A stretch of DNA of 64,000 bases from a virus. Under the pieces are notes generated by a model, which saw only the letters and a list, made by a program, of their open reading frames with translations, was not told the origin of the DNA and searched no databases. The stretch covers positions 7,028-71,027 of the IMG/VR virus record IMGVR_UViG_3300034103_000398. One strand, given 5' to 3'. The position numbers were made by a program, and so were the translations under genes. Below, piece after piece: positions 45,714 through 56,754 of this stretch. Positions within the stretch are counted from its first letter, which is position 1; each line of letters begins with the position of its first letter.

Positions 45714-46435
45714 AGTTTTCCTTTATTTAATTGTTCTATTTTTTCCATTATCATGTCTACAAGAAGTAGCGCTCCATTAGCATTTAAATGACCTGAATCA
45801 GGAAGTGTGAATTTATTTTTAGAATCATCAGATTCCCATTCTTTTATGCTATCATATAAAAATATTACCAAATCACGATCCCACGTATCATCTACACGGT
45901 CAGTAATGTCAGTTGCTAATTTCAATATACCAAAAGGATTAGCTTTACCTAGAAGCTGAGACATAATGCATTCAGAAACTAAGTGAAGATTAGTTCTATC
46001 GGGTAGCATATCAAATACATGTTTATGTATCGTACTTTGCCCACCCAATAATAATACTTGTTGGTTGTTTTCTTTAGCCCAAGATTGTAGCTTAGTCAAT
46101 TCTTTAATTGTTATTAGGTCAAATTCTTTTATAAATTTGTCTTTAGAAGTCAAGGACATGTCATTTATAGTTGTCCGTCGGAGATGTGAGGAGAAAAATA
46201 CAATATTGTATTCTACATCACTGCGGTCATGAGAATCTAACACTGTTCTAACGGTGTTTGAAAAGCTATTGCCAGGTTGATTGTAAGATATACAGTTCAT
46301 TCCTAAATAGTTAAAGTATGCCTCCAGTGCCGGAAATCCCGCGTTATTTACTAATCTGTTTTTTACCGCAGTAGATTTAAGCTCGTTCCAATACCAAGAC
46401 CAATACCAACTATCTCCAAAAAAGCGTATATTCAT
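45710..46435 (-). CDS. hypothetical protein (SGNH-like)
   Basis: FFGDSW ... DSGHLN. Confidence 0.5.
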   Translation of the reverse strand: MNIRFFGDSWYWSWYWNELKSTAVKNRLVNNAGFPALEAYFNYLGMNCISYNQPGNSFSNTVRTVLDSHDRSDVEYNIVFFSSHLRRTTINDMSLTSKDKFIKEFDLITIKELTKLQSWAKENNQQVLLLGGQSTIHKHVFDMLPDRTNLHLVSECIMSQLLGKANPFGILKLATDITDRVDDTWDRDLVIFLYDSIKEWESDDSKNKFTLPDSGHLNANGALLLVDMIMEKIEQLNKGKL

Positions 46436-46441
46436 ATTAAA

Positions 46442-47542
46442 TTACATCTGAGGTAGCTCATCGTAGTTAACTGAATCACTCATTACGCCTATAACATAAT
46501 TAGTTGATTCATTTTCCTGCAATGCGGTTTGTTTCTTACTAGTGTCAGAATGTTTGTTGAACCACGGAATAGGTGTAGATTTTGGACTAGGGTTCCAATA
46601 CTTAATGCCTATTTCTTTTAATGCGCCAACAGCGGTAAAATCAACAAAGTCTCTCAAGATGTTTGCATTCAAACCAATGACTGGACCAAACTTGAATAGA
46701 TATTCTGCCCATTCTTTTTCTTCGCGGATAACGTCAATGTAAATTCTATTCACTTCGTCTTTGCATTCTTCCGCAACTTTAGCAAACCTAGGATCTTCTT
46801 TTACTACCTGATTGATAATAAAAGCAGTCCATCCCTTGTGCAATAACTCATCTTGTAAGATCAACCCAATGATATTACCGTTACCAATAAAGATTTTATT
46901 TTCTACCATTGCTAAACTTGTAGCAAATGATACCATAAAGCGGAATGCTTCTAGCGCATAGCTTGCATGTAGTGCTAGCCAAATTGCCTTGATGTGTTCA
47001 TGTTCTACAATCTCTTCGCCCAATTCTTTGCGGCAGTTGATACGATGCAATGTGTCGTAATACATACCCACGCTACTTGCCATACTGATTATAGGCTGGG
47101 TGTCGTGAATTGTGTTAAACACATCTTTTGGTACATTGTAAATATTACGAATGATATGACTGTAGCTCTTGCTGTGAATATTTGTCTCAAAGAATCCCCA
47201 GTTCAGCATCAGTGCTTCAAGTTCTGGCAACGAACAAACAGGTGAGAATACCTGTGTCGGGCCGCGACCTTGCAAACTGTCAAGTGCTGTTTGACGCAAT
47301 AGGTTGCTAGTGAATATATGTTTAACTGCATCACTAGCATCTTTGAAGTCTGCACTGTCTTTAGTTAAACTGACTTCTTGTGGTCTCCAGAAGAATCCTT
47401 GCGCAGTATCATCATAGTCTGCGATCTTTTTGTATTTTACCTCTTCAAAACGCTGAACAGTTACTGGTCCAGCAGGATCTAGGAACATCTTACGTGAAAG
47501 ATAGTCTGTTTTTTTAGTTAGGTTATATTGTTGTTTGGACAT
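46442..47542 (-). CDS. nrdB: ribonucleotide reductase class Ia beta subunit
   Basis: FFWRPQEV, ETNIHSKSY, ALEAFRFMVSFA, DELLH. Confidence 0.97.
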   Translation of the reverse strand: MSKQQYNLTKKTDYLSRKMFLDPAGPVTVQRFEEVKYKKIADYDDTAQGFFWRPQEVSLTKDSADFKDASDAVKHIFTSNLLRQTALDSLQGRGPTQVFSPVCSLPELEALMLNWGFFETNIHSKSYSHIIRNIYNVPKDVFNTIHDTQPIISMASSVGMYYDTLHRINCRKELGEEIVEHEHIKAIWLALHASYALEAFRFMVSFATSLAMVENKIFIGNGNIIGLILQDELLHKGWTAFIINQVVKEDPRFAKVAEECKDEVNRIYIDVIREEKEWAEYLFKFGPVIGLNANILRDFVDFTAVGALKEIGIKYWNPSPKSTPIPWFNKHSDTSKKQTALQENESTNYVIGVMSDSVNYDELPQM

Positions 47543-47626
47543 ATTTTGTTATTTTTGATAAATAAAAGTGAGAGTCGCGGTACTGGTAATACCCACCCTC
47601 TCTAACGCTATTAAGGAGCAATCAGC

Positions 47627-48118
47627 ATGAGTATTTATAAGAGAATACATATCAACTATCGCCATATTTTTATTAAACATCATGGCCCCATCCCAATTGA
47701 TTCAGACGGTCGTTCATATGACATACACCATATAGACGGGAATCATCAAAACAACGATCCATCCAACCTACGAGCGGTGTCTCTACAAGAGCATTATAAT
47801 ATACATTTTTTACTAGGACAATATCCTGCCTGCCAAATGATAGCGCATAGGATGAATCTCTCAAAATCTGAGATGTCAACACTCGCATCTCTCGCAAATC
47901 AACAGAGAGTTGATGACGGGACTCACCATTTTTTGAGTAAAGGGAAAGAACATCCATCATATGACCATACCGTTCATACTTTTAAACACAAGACGAGTGG
48001 AAACATTGTTAGTGCCACACAATACGAAATGGTTAAAAATTTTAGCGTTCATCAGAGTAATCTCATTGAGGTTATTTCAGGTAAGCGCAAGTCAGTGAAT
48101 GGATGGTCATTGGCTTGA
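47627..48118 (+). CDS. HNH homing endonuclease
   Basis: YDIHHIDGNHQNNDPSNL; paralogue of 578-1162. Confidence 0.88.
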   Translation: MSIYKRIHINYRHIFIKHHGPIPIDSDGRSYDIHHIDGNHQNNDPSNLRAVSLQEHYNIHFLLGQYPACQMIAHRMNLSKSEMSTLASLANQQRVDDGTHHFLSKGKEHPSYDHTVHTFKHKTSGNIVSATQYEMVKNFSVHQSNLIEVISGKRKSVNGWSLA

Positions 48119-48121
48119 CGT

Positions 48122-48880
48122 TTACTCATGTTTAAAATTATCGTAATAAAATTTTCTAGGTTTTTTAATAGTAACATCCAAGAAACCTGAATGATCCCAT
48201 TTGCCTGTTTGTATCTTCTTGTACACCATATTTGCAAAGAATATGTTAAATTCTTCAGTCAGGTGTCCACATAGATTTTTAGTTTCTATTGCAGTGAAAG
48301 TGTTTGGTTCTATTCCAAAAATTTCAAGTTGTCTGAACCAAAATGAATGCATGTAATGAATGTCTTTATCTAAGTCAAGCTTCTTTAATTGTTCTTTGTT
48401 CAACGAATCACTAAAGCAAGGATATAGAATAGTGTTTTTAACAGAATCTAGTTTAGAAACCATTAGTTCTGACATGTCTTGAAAATATTTGTAATCTATA
48501 CTTGCATTAAACCATCCAATAATATCATTTAACATTACCACATCATCTTTAGATAGCATCTGCTGTTGTGTATTTAGATAATGTTGTACATCTTCTTTGC
48601 AAGTAAAGGTTCGTGAATTACCCGGAACTGATAGTTCAACTACATGTGGATATCGGCCTGGCCCAGTTACTAAAATGATGTTAAGATCATTCTCGTGGTT
48701 TGTGTCTAAAAACTTTCTATAAGAATAGTATAATGATGAGCCGGCTCTACCGTAATGATTAATAGTTGTTGAATTATGAGTGTCACTTAACAAACTAGCT
48801 AAATGATTATACCAGTTGGTTGGCGCATCAAACTTTCCGTGAGGAGTAGTATAACTGTCACCGTATATACCTATCTTCAT
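48122..48880 (-). CDS. hypothetical protein (SGNH-like)
   Basis: IYGDSY ... GHL. Confidence 0.5.
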   Translation of the reverse strand: MKIGIYGDSYTTPHGKFDAPTNWYNHLASLLSDTHNSTTINHYGRAGSSLYYSYRKFLDTNHENDLNIILVTGPGRYPHVVELSVPGNSRTFTCKEDVQHYLNTQQQMLSKDDVVMLNDIIGWFNASIDYKYFQDMSELMVSKLDSVKNTILYPCFSDSLNKEQLKKLDLDKDIHYMHSFWFRQLEIFGIEPNTFTAIETKNLCGHLTEEFNIFFANMVYKKIQTGKWDHSGFLDVTIKKPRKFYYDNFKHE

Positions 48881-49569
48881 AGCTTGATCCATTCTGCGTC
48901 TTCGGCCGGATTCCAACCATTTCTAAAATATTTTACCAAGTTCATATAGGGACCTATCGCTTCCCAATCTTTACCAACTGCTTTTCCATTAACTAGCGAA
49001 TACAGTTTGCAATATGATGGTTTGTTATTTTCTTCCCAAATTAGCTTTATTTCATTTGCCTTTGACCACACACTCTTGGTGTAAGTTGTTGCTCTAGGGT
49101 GATTCCACGGTTTAACTCCGGCGCAAGGATTCTTGTCACCTATCATCTTGTCTGTCAGAATCTTTCTACCGGTAGTAGTTAACCATTCAAATGAAGGAGG
49201 TCTTCCTTTGCCAAAATAATGATGACGGTCACCGCTACGTGGATTTAATTTCTGAGGATTATTTGGGCCCTTCATGTATTCAGAATACTGTCGTTTAATC
49301 CATCCGTACATTTTATTATTTCGTTTAACATCTTTATTAGATGCTGTCAAAAACATGGCTGCTCGTACTAACCCAATGTGACCACGGTGTATTTTTACCA
49401 ATAACAAATGACAAACATAATGTTCTTCAGGAGTCAAATCTACTAGATTATGTGGATCGTCTGTACCACCCATACACCTAGGTAGAATATGATGATTCTC
49501 TTTGTATTCTGTTAGCACTCTATTCTTACCTCTATTGACAATATTATCGTATATTTTTTGATAGTCCAT
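48877..49569 (-). CDS. HNH homing endonuclease between nrdA and nrdB (MobE-like position)
   Basis: ENHHILPRCMGGTD...NLVDLTPEEHYVCH. Confidence 0.88.
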   Translation of the reverse strand: MDYQKIYDNIVNRGKNRVLTEYKENHHILPRCMGGTDDPHNLVDLTPEEHYVCHLLLVKIHRGHIGLVRAAMFLTASNKDVKRNNKMYGWIKRQYSEYMKGPNNPQKLNPRSGDRHHYFGKGRPPSFEWLTTTGRKILTDKMIGDKNPCAGVKPWNHPRATTYTKSVWSKANEIKLIWEENNKPSYCKLYSLVNGKAVGKDWEAIGPYMNLVKYFRNGWNPAEDAEWIKL

Positions 49570-49625
49570 ATAAATTTCCTATACATTTATTTATCACAAC
49601 TTACAGGAAACTCATAGTTTACATG

Positions 49626-51953
49626 TTATAATTTGCAGGCAATGCAATCCTCCTCATCTTCAAATTCAATCTGTGATGGTAATAGAGGTAGTTCAACTTC
49701 ATCTTGTGCTTTAGAACCTTGCTTATTGATTAGGCTGTAATACAATGTTTTTCCGCCCCAGTTCCAAAAGTTCATCAAGTTTTTAGCAATCAATGTAGTT
49801 GGAACTTTACGATCTGGAAAGTGTGCTGGGTTGTAGAATGTATTGGTAGAGATTGACTGGTCAACATACGCTTGAATGACCGCACTAGTCTTCAAGTATG
49901 CTTCGCAATCTTTCTGCTCCCACATTAACTGATAATTCTTGCGTACTTTTAAGTTTTGATATTCAGGAACAACCTGAACAAACGATCCTGCTTTAGATTC
50001 TTTGACACTAATCAAACTCATTGGCATTTCTATACCGTTAGTTGAGTTGATAACGACACTGCTAGATTCTACTGGAGCGACTGCCATTTGTGTAGCATTA
50101 CGGACTCCGCATGAGCGCATCATAGCACGTAAGCCTTCCCAATTCAATTCAGGAGTGAAGTTCGCAAGTTCATTGACTCCATTTGCTCTGCGTTCCCAAG
50201 GGAAGATACCTTGACCATATAGTGTCTTATCTGAATCTACACAACGTCCACGCTCTTGTGCCAACTCAACACTAGATTCAGTCAAGTAATAGGCTTGATG
50301 CTCCATCCAAGTTTTAACTTCTTGTAAAGAATCTTTCTCACCGTATTTGAAACCACGCTTGGCATGCCAGTAAGCCAAGTTAGTAATGCCAATACCTAGA
50401 GGACGAATTTCATCATTAGATAGTTTACTTTGAATGCTTAAAAAGTCCTGGTAATCAAGTATATTATTGAGGCTGCGATGGAGGATACGGCAAGCACGGC
50501 GCATGTCTTCTGGATTACGGAAAGCGCCCCAGTTGATGCTGCCCAATGTGCATAGTGCAATGCGACCATCAGGATCATCAAGACGTTTAAAAGACTTAGT
50601 AGGTAATAGGATTTCACAGCAAAGGTTACTCTGGTAGATTGTATGATACTCAGGATCAAACGGACCCTGGTTCATAACGTTGTCGATAAACACAAGGTAG
50701 ATACGTCCTGTATCAGTACGCTCTTTTAGTATACCACTCTTAAATACTTCTTCAGCACTCATGGTCTTTTTACGTAGACCTTTTTGTTTTTCGTACTTGA
50801 CATAGAGTTCTTCGAATCTTGCTGTGTTAGCATAGAACGCTTCATACAAGTCAGGCACTTCGTTGGGGTCAAAGAAGGTAATATTCTCTTTATTCTTGAA
50901 TCGTCTCCAAAAGAATGCAGAAAGCACAACACCGTAGTCCATGTGTCGTACTCTTGTTTCTTCGGTTCCTTGATTGTTTTTGAGAACAATAAGGTCATCG
51001 AATTGATGATGCCAGATGGGATAGAAAACCGTAGCACTAGCATTACGAATGCCTCCTTGTGAACAACTGCGTAAATCACCAAACCATTTTTTCAGGAATG
51101 GTATCATACCTGTGTGCATAATCTCACCACCGCGGATAGGTGAGCCTAGTGGACGTAGACGACCAATCTCTAGACCTATGCCAGCACGTTTGCTAGCATA
51201 CTTGGCCATCATCTCGCCAGAAGCGAAAATAGAATCTAGATCATCATCCGAACGAATGAGTACGCAAGAGCTAAACTGTTTAGTAGGAGTACCAAGGCCA
51301 GCCAATACAGGAGTAGCAAGAGTAAAAAGTCCGTCGCTCGCGGCGTTGTAGTACTCTTTGATGTAGCGCATTCTCGCTGAGTTCGGTTCTTCTTTGTGAA
51401 ATACAGTAGCGGCCGCGACCATGTATCTAATTTGCGGAGTTTCATATGTTTGCTTTGTTGAACGATTCTTAACCAGATACTTTTCAATTAACTGCTCAAT
51501 GGCAGCATAGCTATAACTTTCATCTTTAGAATGGTCTAAAATTTCATCCATTTTATTCCACTCGTCTTCTGAATACCACTCCAAGAGTTCCGGTGTGTAT
51601 AAGCCAGTAGCTACATTAGTTTTTACAATTTCATACAGGCGAGGCGGTTCATAATTTCCATAAACATCTTTGCGTAGCATACTTAGACGTTGTTTGCCTG
51701 CTACGTATTGATAATTAGTATGACCTAGATCAGGATTTGATTCCACATCAATAAGGTCTACGATAGCACGTAGAGTTATTTCATCAATTTCTTGTGTAGT
51801 GATTCCGTCGTAGAAATGCGGTTGAGCCTTAATCTCAATCATAGACTGACTTACATCAGCTATCCCGGTACATATTTTTGCTATTTGTGCTTGCCATTTT
51901 TCAATTGTCAGTAACTCTTTTTGTCCGGATCGTTTTATTACATGTATCTTCAT
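49626..51953 (-). CDS. nrdA: ribonucleotide reductase class Ia alpha subunit
   Basis: ATP cone, QFSSCV, SNLCCEI, APVESSS, C-terminal CIAC. Confidence 0.97.
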   Translation of the reverse strand: MKIHVIKRSGQKELLTIEKWQAQIAKICTGIADVSQSMIEIKAQPHFYDGITTQEIDEITLRAIVDLIDVESNPDLGHTNYQYVAGKQRLSMLRKDVYGNYEPPRLYEIVKTNVATGLYTPELLEWYSEDEWNKMDEILDHSKDESYSYAAIEQLIEKYLVKNRSTKQTYETPQIRYMVAAATVFHKEEPNSARMRYIKEYYNAASDGLFTLATPVLAGLGTPTKQFSSCVLIRSDDDLDSIFASGEMMAKYASKRAGIGLEIGRLRPLGSPIRGGEIMHTGMIPFLKKWFGDLRSCSQGGIRNASATVFYPIWHHQFDDLIVLKNNQGTEETRVRHMDYGVVLSAFFWRRFKNKENITFFDPNEVPDLYEAFYANTARFEELYVKYEKQKGLRKKTMSAEEVFKSGILKERTDTGRIYLVFIDNVMNQGPFDPEYHTIYQSNLCCEILLPTKSFKRLDDPDGRIALCTLGSINWGAFRNPEDMRRACRILHRSLNNILDYQDFLSIQSKLSNDEIRPLGIGITNLAYWHAKRGFKYGEKDSLQEVKTWMEHQAYYLTESSVELAQERGRCVDSDKTLYGQGIFPWERRANGVNELANFTPELNWEGLRAMMRSCGVRNATQMAVAPVESSSVVINSTNGIEMPMSLISVKESKAGSFVQVVPEYQNLKVRKNYQLMWEQKDCEAYLKTSAVIQAYVDQSISTNTFYNPAHFPDRKVPTTLIAKNLMNFWNWGGKTLYYSLINKQGSKAQDEVELPLLPSQIEFEDEEDCIACKL

Positions 51954-52396
51954 TTTAAACCTATTTTTTTAATTATTGGCATAGTATCAATATGCTTAAC
52001 TATTTTGAAATCTTGTAGATTGTTATTTACTACCGAATCGGGCCAGTAATTAAGTATATATTTTGCGTGGTCTGCTAGTATAAGGACTACGTCTTCGTTA
52101 TTGTAGTCTTTTGCTTGAACAAAATCAAGCTCTCGTACACCCAATAGATACAACGTATAAAACATACCCAATCCACGAGCAATGTGGCAATAGTGATTAT
52201 CTGATATCAGTTCCCATGGGTTGGGCCATTCTTCTACCAAATCAGGGTGCAGATAATGATTTACTAAAGGCGCAGTCTGCCACCACTTATCAACTTCTAC
52301 ACATTGCGTTTGAATGTCTTTTTCTTCCAAAGATGTCCTCATACGATACCATTGTTTGAATATAGTATCGTATGAATTTTGAAATAAGTTTTCCAT
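51950..52396 (-). CDS. hypothetical phage protein
   Basis: 148-aa ORF coupled to nrdA. Confidence 0.7.
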   Translation of the reverse strand: MENLFQNSYDTIFKQWYRMRTSLEEKDIQTQCVEVDKWWQTAPLVNHYLHPDLVEEWPNPWELISDNHYCHIARGLGMFYTLYLLGVRELDFVQAKDYNNEDVVLILADHAKYILNYWPDSVVNNNLQDFKIVKHIDTMPIIKKIGLK

Positions 52397-52848
52397 TATT
52401 TAGTTATCACGCCAAATTTCTTCAATGCCTCGACTACAACGTCAGGACTAACAAATGCTTCTTCAATGAACTCTGCTTGTTCCCAAATCCAAAATTGCTT
52501 TTCTCTGAGATATTTTCGATCTTTCAGTAGATTAGTATTTTCAGGGTGACCAAAAATATTTGGATCAGACTGACCAAACACAACAACTCCGGGCTTGTTT
52601 AGGTCCCAGCAAAAATGTTGCAAGAAACTATCACAACTCATCCATGTCTTGCATTCGTTTACTAGCGTAGCCAATTCGGTCAACGACAAATTCTTTCTGA
52701 AATCATCGACAATTTGTGTTTCACCGTTAACTCCAACTTGAATAACTGGCTCATCAATATGAGCTAACACTTCTTTCCAATATGGATAGTTCTTTGGGTG
52801 TTGTTGTCCATTACGCATGAACTTAGAGAAAGGAGAAATAATAATCAT
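52396..52848 (-). CDS. GT9 (heptosyltransferase-like) C-terminal domain
   Basis: ISPF, KNYPYW, LSLTEL...CDSFLQH...PGVVVFG.SDP. Confidence 0.65.
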   Translation of the reverse strand: MIIISPFSKFMRNGQQHPKNYPYWKEVLAHIDEPVIQVGVNGETQIVDDFRKNLSLTELATLVNECKTWMSCDSFLQHFCWDLNKPGVVVFGQSDPNIFGHPENTNLLKDRKYLREKQFWIWEQAEFIEEAFVSPDVVVEALKKFGVITK

Positions 52849-53822
52849 ATTACATTATAGAATTTTTTAAACGCATCTTCAAGTGACCCTGTCCAGTTCC
52901 AACGATCCATGTGTGCATAGACATTGTAATCATGAATGTCACCAAATAATGCTTGTGCTTCAGCTATACTACGTCCTGGAATAATTTCAGGATAGCACGT
53001 AAAGAGTACAGGGTTTTTAATATAAGGAAGAATCTTCTTAAAGACAATATGGTCACCCATACCACAATCTAAGATAACAATTGTTTGGTCTTTGAAGTTC
53101 ATTATGTTTTGAAATATACGCTCATCATGTTCGAACATTTCATGAACGCCATCTCTAATTCCACCAACTTTGTTTTTCAAATGCCAGGTTATAGCTTCAG
53201 GAACAACATAGTTCTTGTAGCCTTTTTTAATTAATTCATACGTGAACAATGTTTCTTCACGGTGTGCAATACGTGATAAACTTAAACAATAATCAGCGAC
53301 ACCTGCACGGTATAAAAAAGAACAATGCAAGTGATCTACTTCTTTCTTTTGTTTTATACGACCCCATTGTAAATTAGGTTCACTGTAAATGTCTTCTATT
53401 TTACCTGTAGCGTTTACTTCTCCCATTGAAGGAGGTGTAAGAACAGACCCTCCTACCGCGCCTACATTTTCATTTTCATTTGCATGTAAATAGAGTGTTT
53501 GCAATACATTGCTGTCAGCTATAGTGTCATCATCTAATCTCCACACCCATTTAAATCCCATATGATTTGCACGTTGGTGATTGTGATGTTGACCTTTCTT
53601 TTCAGCATATAGCCATTCCCACGCAATACCAGATTCACTGAGCATTTGCATTAGGTAGTTGTAGTGCTGTATCTCACGCACATCTATTGGTTGATCATTA
53701 TCATCCTGAATGATAATATAATCAGGCTTCAATGTCTGCGTGATTACAGATGAAATTGCCATTGGCAACGTTGTATCGTATCTACCTTTAGTAGAGATTG
53801 AGCATAAGATTTCTTTTTTCAT
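52845..53822 (-). CDS. GT2 glycosyltransferase with C-terminal GT9 N-domain-like segment
   Basis: WVWRLDDD, HREET; GMGDHIV motif. Confidence 0.7.
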   Translation of the reverse strand: MKKEILCSISTKGRYDTTLPMAISSVITQTLKPDYIIIQDDNDQPIDVREIQHYNYLMQMLSESGIAWEWLYAEKKGQHHNHQRANHMGFKWVWRLDDDTIADSNVLQTLYLHANENENVGAVGGSVLTPPSMGEVNATGKIEDIYSEPNLQWGRIKQKKEVDHLHCSFLYRAGVADYCLSLSRIAHREETLFTYELIKKGYKNYVVPEAITWHLKNKVGGIRDGVHEMFEHDERIFQNIMNFKDQTIVILDCGMGDHIVFKKILPYIKNPVLFTCYPEIIPGRSIAEAQALFGDIHDYNVYAHMDRWNWTGSLEDAFKKFYNVI

Positions 53823-55945
53823 TTTTTCCAGTATTGATTTACGAATGGTGCTTCACGGTAATTTACAGGTTGACCATTTTGATCCCAGTCCCAGTAATAG
53901 ATTTGAACTGAGTCTTTCTTTTCAAATCCAAAGTCAATTAGCTTTTGTTCAATGACCTCTTTACCTTTATATTTAGGATGTAGATCAGTATGTATCTCCA
54001 TCATGATTTCATTGATTCTGACCATATCATGTTCATTAGCATTCATGATAACATCGTATTCACCACCTTCACAGTCTAGTTTTAATATAATGTCATGTCC
54101 TGCAATTTGATTCATGATTTCAGAAAATGTAATTGTCTCAACAACTTCATAGTTTTCTGAAACATTGTACATACTGTTTGCGCCTGCGTTATCATTTAAA
54201 CTAACAGGTAAAAAGTTGTTGTCTTTGTCTGACACAATCTTTTTATATGTGGTTATGTTCTTTAGACCTAATCTATGAATGTTCTTTAAGAAAGTATTGT
54301 ATGACGCACTGATCGGCTCTACAGATATAACCTTTTTAGCACCCAATGCGGCAGCATATAACGAGAACGCACCTATGTTGGCCCCAATGTCAATTACTAT
54401 TCTATCTTTTACACGCTCAGGTGTTAGGTGATACTGATTAGCTTCGATAACTTCTCTGTGCATTGCAGGGTCTTGTTCCTTCAAAAAATCTAAATTAATT
54501 TCTTGATTATTAACAGGCTTTACCCAACGTTGTCTAGAGAAGGGCAATTCACTTTGTTGAGTTACTTTTCCCTCACTATCAAACTGCCAATATTGCATAG
54601 GTTGAATATTAGTAGCACTAAAACCTAAACTACGCAACTTATCTTCTATATGCTGCCTATCTTTATATATAGGATGTAATTTTGAATGTACTTCTAATGC
54701 TATGGTGCTAACCATTTTTAAATCTTCACTAGATGCATTCATCAGAATATCAAATTCTGCACCTTCACAGTCTAATTTTAATATTACTTCACACCCATCA
54801 GTCATTTTTAACAGGTCATTTAGACTCACCGTTTCAACTTCTTCGTAATCAGTGTCAATGTTATGCATTCCATTAGCACCGTCATTTTGATTATGACTTA
54901 TTTTTACCATGTTTCCTGTTACATTACTTACTGCTTTTTGCAATGCAATAATGTTAGAGTAACCTGATAGTGATATGTTGTTGACTAATTTATCATATGT
55001 AACTTTTGTTGGCTCTACACTGATAACTTTTTTAGCACCAAGTGATGCTGCATATACTGATGCTATACCTACATTTGCACCTATATCTATAACCACTCTG
55101 TTTGAAACACTTTGCGTAGAAAACTCGTAGTAGTTTTCTTCTACTATCTCTTTATAAAAACCTTCATGTTGTTTCTTTAAATATGTTATGTCCATTTCTG
55201 TAAATCCATTCTTTATCAACCAATTAACATTATATTTTCTAGCTAATGTTTTTGAGTTAGCAATGAAAATACTATCCCATTCAGGAACTAAATTTTTATC
55301 ATGTACTGTGCCTTCACCTAAGTGATAGATAGGGAAATCACCACAGTACATACCTACTTCGGGACTCCATGTCTTAGTAACACACTCTAGTACTTGAAAG
55401 CCGGCACGTTCACATTCAATACTGAACTCAGTATCTTCACCGCCGCCCGCGCCATAATCAAGACTCAACAACCCAATCTTGTCAAATACTCTACGATGAA
55501 TCATCACGCAGAAGAAGATAGCAAATTCGTGTCCTGCAGGCTCTGACTCGCTTTTAATCAAACAACTGATGCCTGCTTTTTCATTTCCTTGAAACACTGA
55601 AGATAATTGTGTTAACCAACGATTCTTTTCTTGTGGAAGTAACACAGTGTCGTTGTTCAACAATACTATTAAATCAGTAGTTGCAACTTCAATACCCGCG
55701 TTACATGCACGTGAGTATCCTAAGGCTTCATCGTTCCAAACTACTTTTAAATTTTCACTTATACCTAATAAAGAATAATGACTTTGTAGTTCGGTTACAT
55801 ATGCCAATGTTTCGTCTTTGCATCCATTGGCACTTATAATAAGTTCAACATCGGTTACATCAGTGTACTTGAAGATAGATTCAACACATGGCTTTAGTAG
55901 ATCATTACAATGGTTGTAGGTAGGTATTATTACGCTGTATTTCAT
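53819..55945 (-). CDS. GT2 glycosyltransferase fused to two FkbM methyltransferase domains
   Basis: VIIPTYN, LLNND, GED; twice IDIGAN.G...EP...LKLDCEG.E. Confidence 0.88.
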   Translation of the reverse strand: MKYSVIIPTYNHCNDLLKPCVESIFKYTDVTDVELIISANGCKDETLAYVTELQSHYSLLGISENLKVVWNDEALGYSRACNAGIEVATTDLIVLLNNDTVLLPQEKNRWLTQLSSVFQGNEKAGISCLIKSESEPAGHEFAIFFCVMIHRRVFDKIGLLSLDYGAGGGEDTEFSIECERAGFQVLECVTKTWSPEVGMYCGDFPIYHLGEGTVHDKNLVPEWDSIFIANSKTLARKYNVNWLIKNGFTEMDITYLKKQHEGFYKEIVEENYYEFSTQSVSNRVVIDIGANVGIASVYAASLGAKKVISVEPTKVTYDKLVNNISLSGYSNIIALQKAVSNVTGNMVKISHNQNDGANGMHNIDTDYEEVETVSLNDLLKMTDGCEVILKLDCEGAEFDILMNASSEDLKMVSTIALEVHSKLHPIYKDRQHIEDKLRSLGFSATNIQPMQYWQFDSEGKVTQQSELPFSRQRWVKPVNNQEINLDFLKEQDPAMHREVIEANQYHLTPERVKDRIVIDIGANIGAFSLYAAALGAKKVISVEPISASYNTFLKNIHRLGLKNITTYKKIVSDKDNNFLPVSLNDNAGANSMYNVSENYEVVETITFSEIMNQIAGHDIILKLDCEGGEYDVIMNANEHDMVRINEIMMEIHTDLHPKYKGKEVIEQKLIDFGFEKKDSVQIYYWDWDQNGQPVNYREAPFVNQYWKK

Positions 55946-55953
55946 TTTTGCCT

Positions 55954-56706
55954 TTAGACTGTATGTTTGTGGGCTTCATACCAAGCCATGTTGTATTTTT
56001 GAGCTAGCTTTAATTCATTGATTCTGAATGTTCGTTCCCAATCGCTAACTAGCTCAGGGTTGTGAACTGTGCCTTCACCTTGATGCCATAATGGGAATGT
56101 GCCTACATATAGATTTGCAGCATCACTCCATACTAATGGTACGGGTTGAACTACTTCATATCCCAAAAGTTGAGCGGCTGCACAGAAATCAATATCTTCA
56201 TTGCCGCCCTTTTCGTAACGCTCATCTAAGTATCCAACTTTGTTCAACACTTCTCTTGTGAACATTACACAGAAAAAGACACCAAAATCCATTTGAGTGA
56301 TAGGTGAGTACTTCTTTAATGAGCAAGTTATTCCGCATTTAGGATTATCTTCAAAACCCTGATTCAATAGTTTAAGCCAATCACCTCTGTGTTGACCAAG
56401 AAGAATAGCGTCATTGTTTAGCATGACGAGTTTGTCACAAGTTGATACTCTGATTCCTGCGTTTGTCGCTCTTGCGTATCCAAGTGCATCTTTATTCCAT
56501 ACAACTTTTAAGTGATCTGATAGGCCTAAGTAGTCAAAACTAGCTTTTAGTTTGTCCAAATATTCAGATGTGTTGTCAGTGCAACCATTGGCACTTATTA
56601 TAAGTTCAATGTCGTTGATATGTGAGTACTTCAACAGTGCTTCTATACACGGTTTTAAGAATTTGTCACAATTGTTATATGTTGGTATTACTATACTATA
56701 TTTCAT
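55954..56706 (-). CDS. GT2 glycosyltransferase
   Basis: IVIPTYN, MLNND, EDIDF; paralogue of the adjacent GT2 domain. Confidence 0.88.
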   Translation of the reverse strand: MKYSIVIPTYNNCDKFLKPCIEALLKYSHINDIELIISANGCTDNTSEYLDKLKASFDYLGLSDHLKVVWNKDALGYARATNAGIRVSTCDKLVMLNNDAILLGQHRGDWLKLLNQGFEDNPKCGITCSLKKYSPITQMDFGVFFCVMFTREVLNKVGYLDERYEKGGNEDIDFCAAAQLLGYEVVQPVPLVWSDAANLYVGTFPLWHQGEGTVHNPELVSDWERTFRINELKLAQKYNMAWYEAHKHTV

Positions 56707-56754
56707 TTAAAACTCTTTCTACTATATATGACAAAGTAGAAAGAGTCTTAAATT

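Noticed and set aside
46442-51953. Intron or intein in nrdA/nrdB
   Set aside because: Both ORFs are continuous and of normal length; the HNH genes are free-standing.
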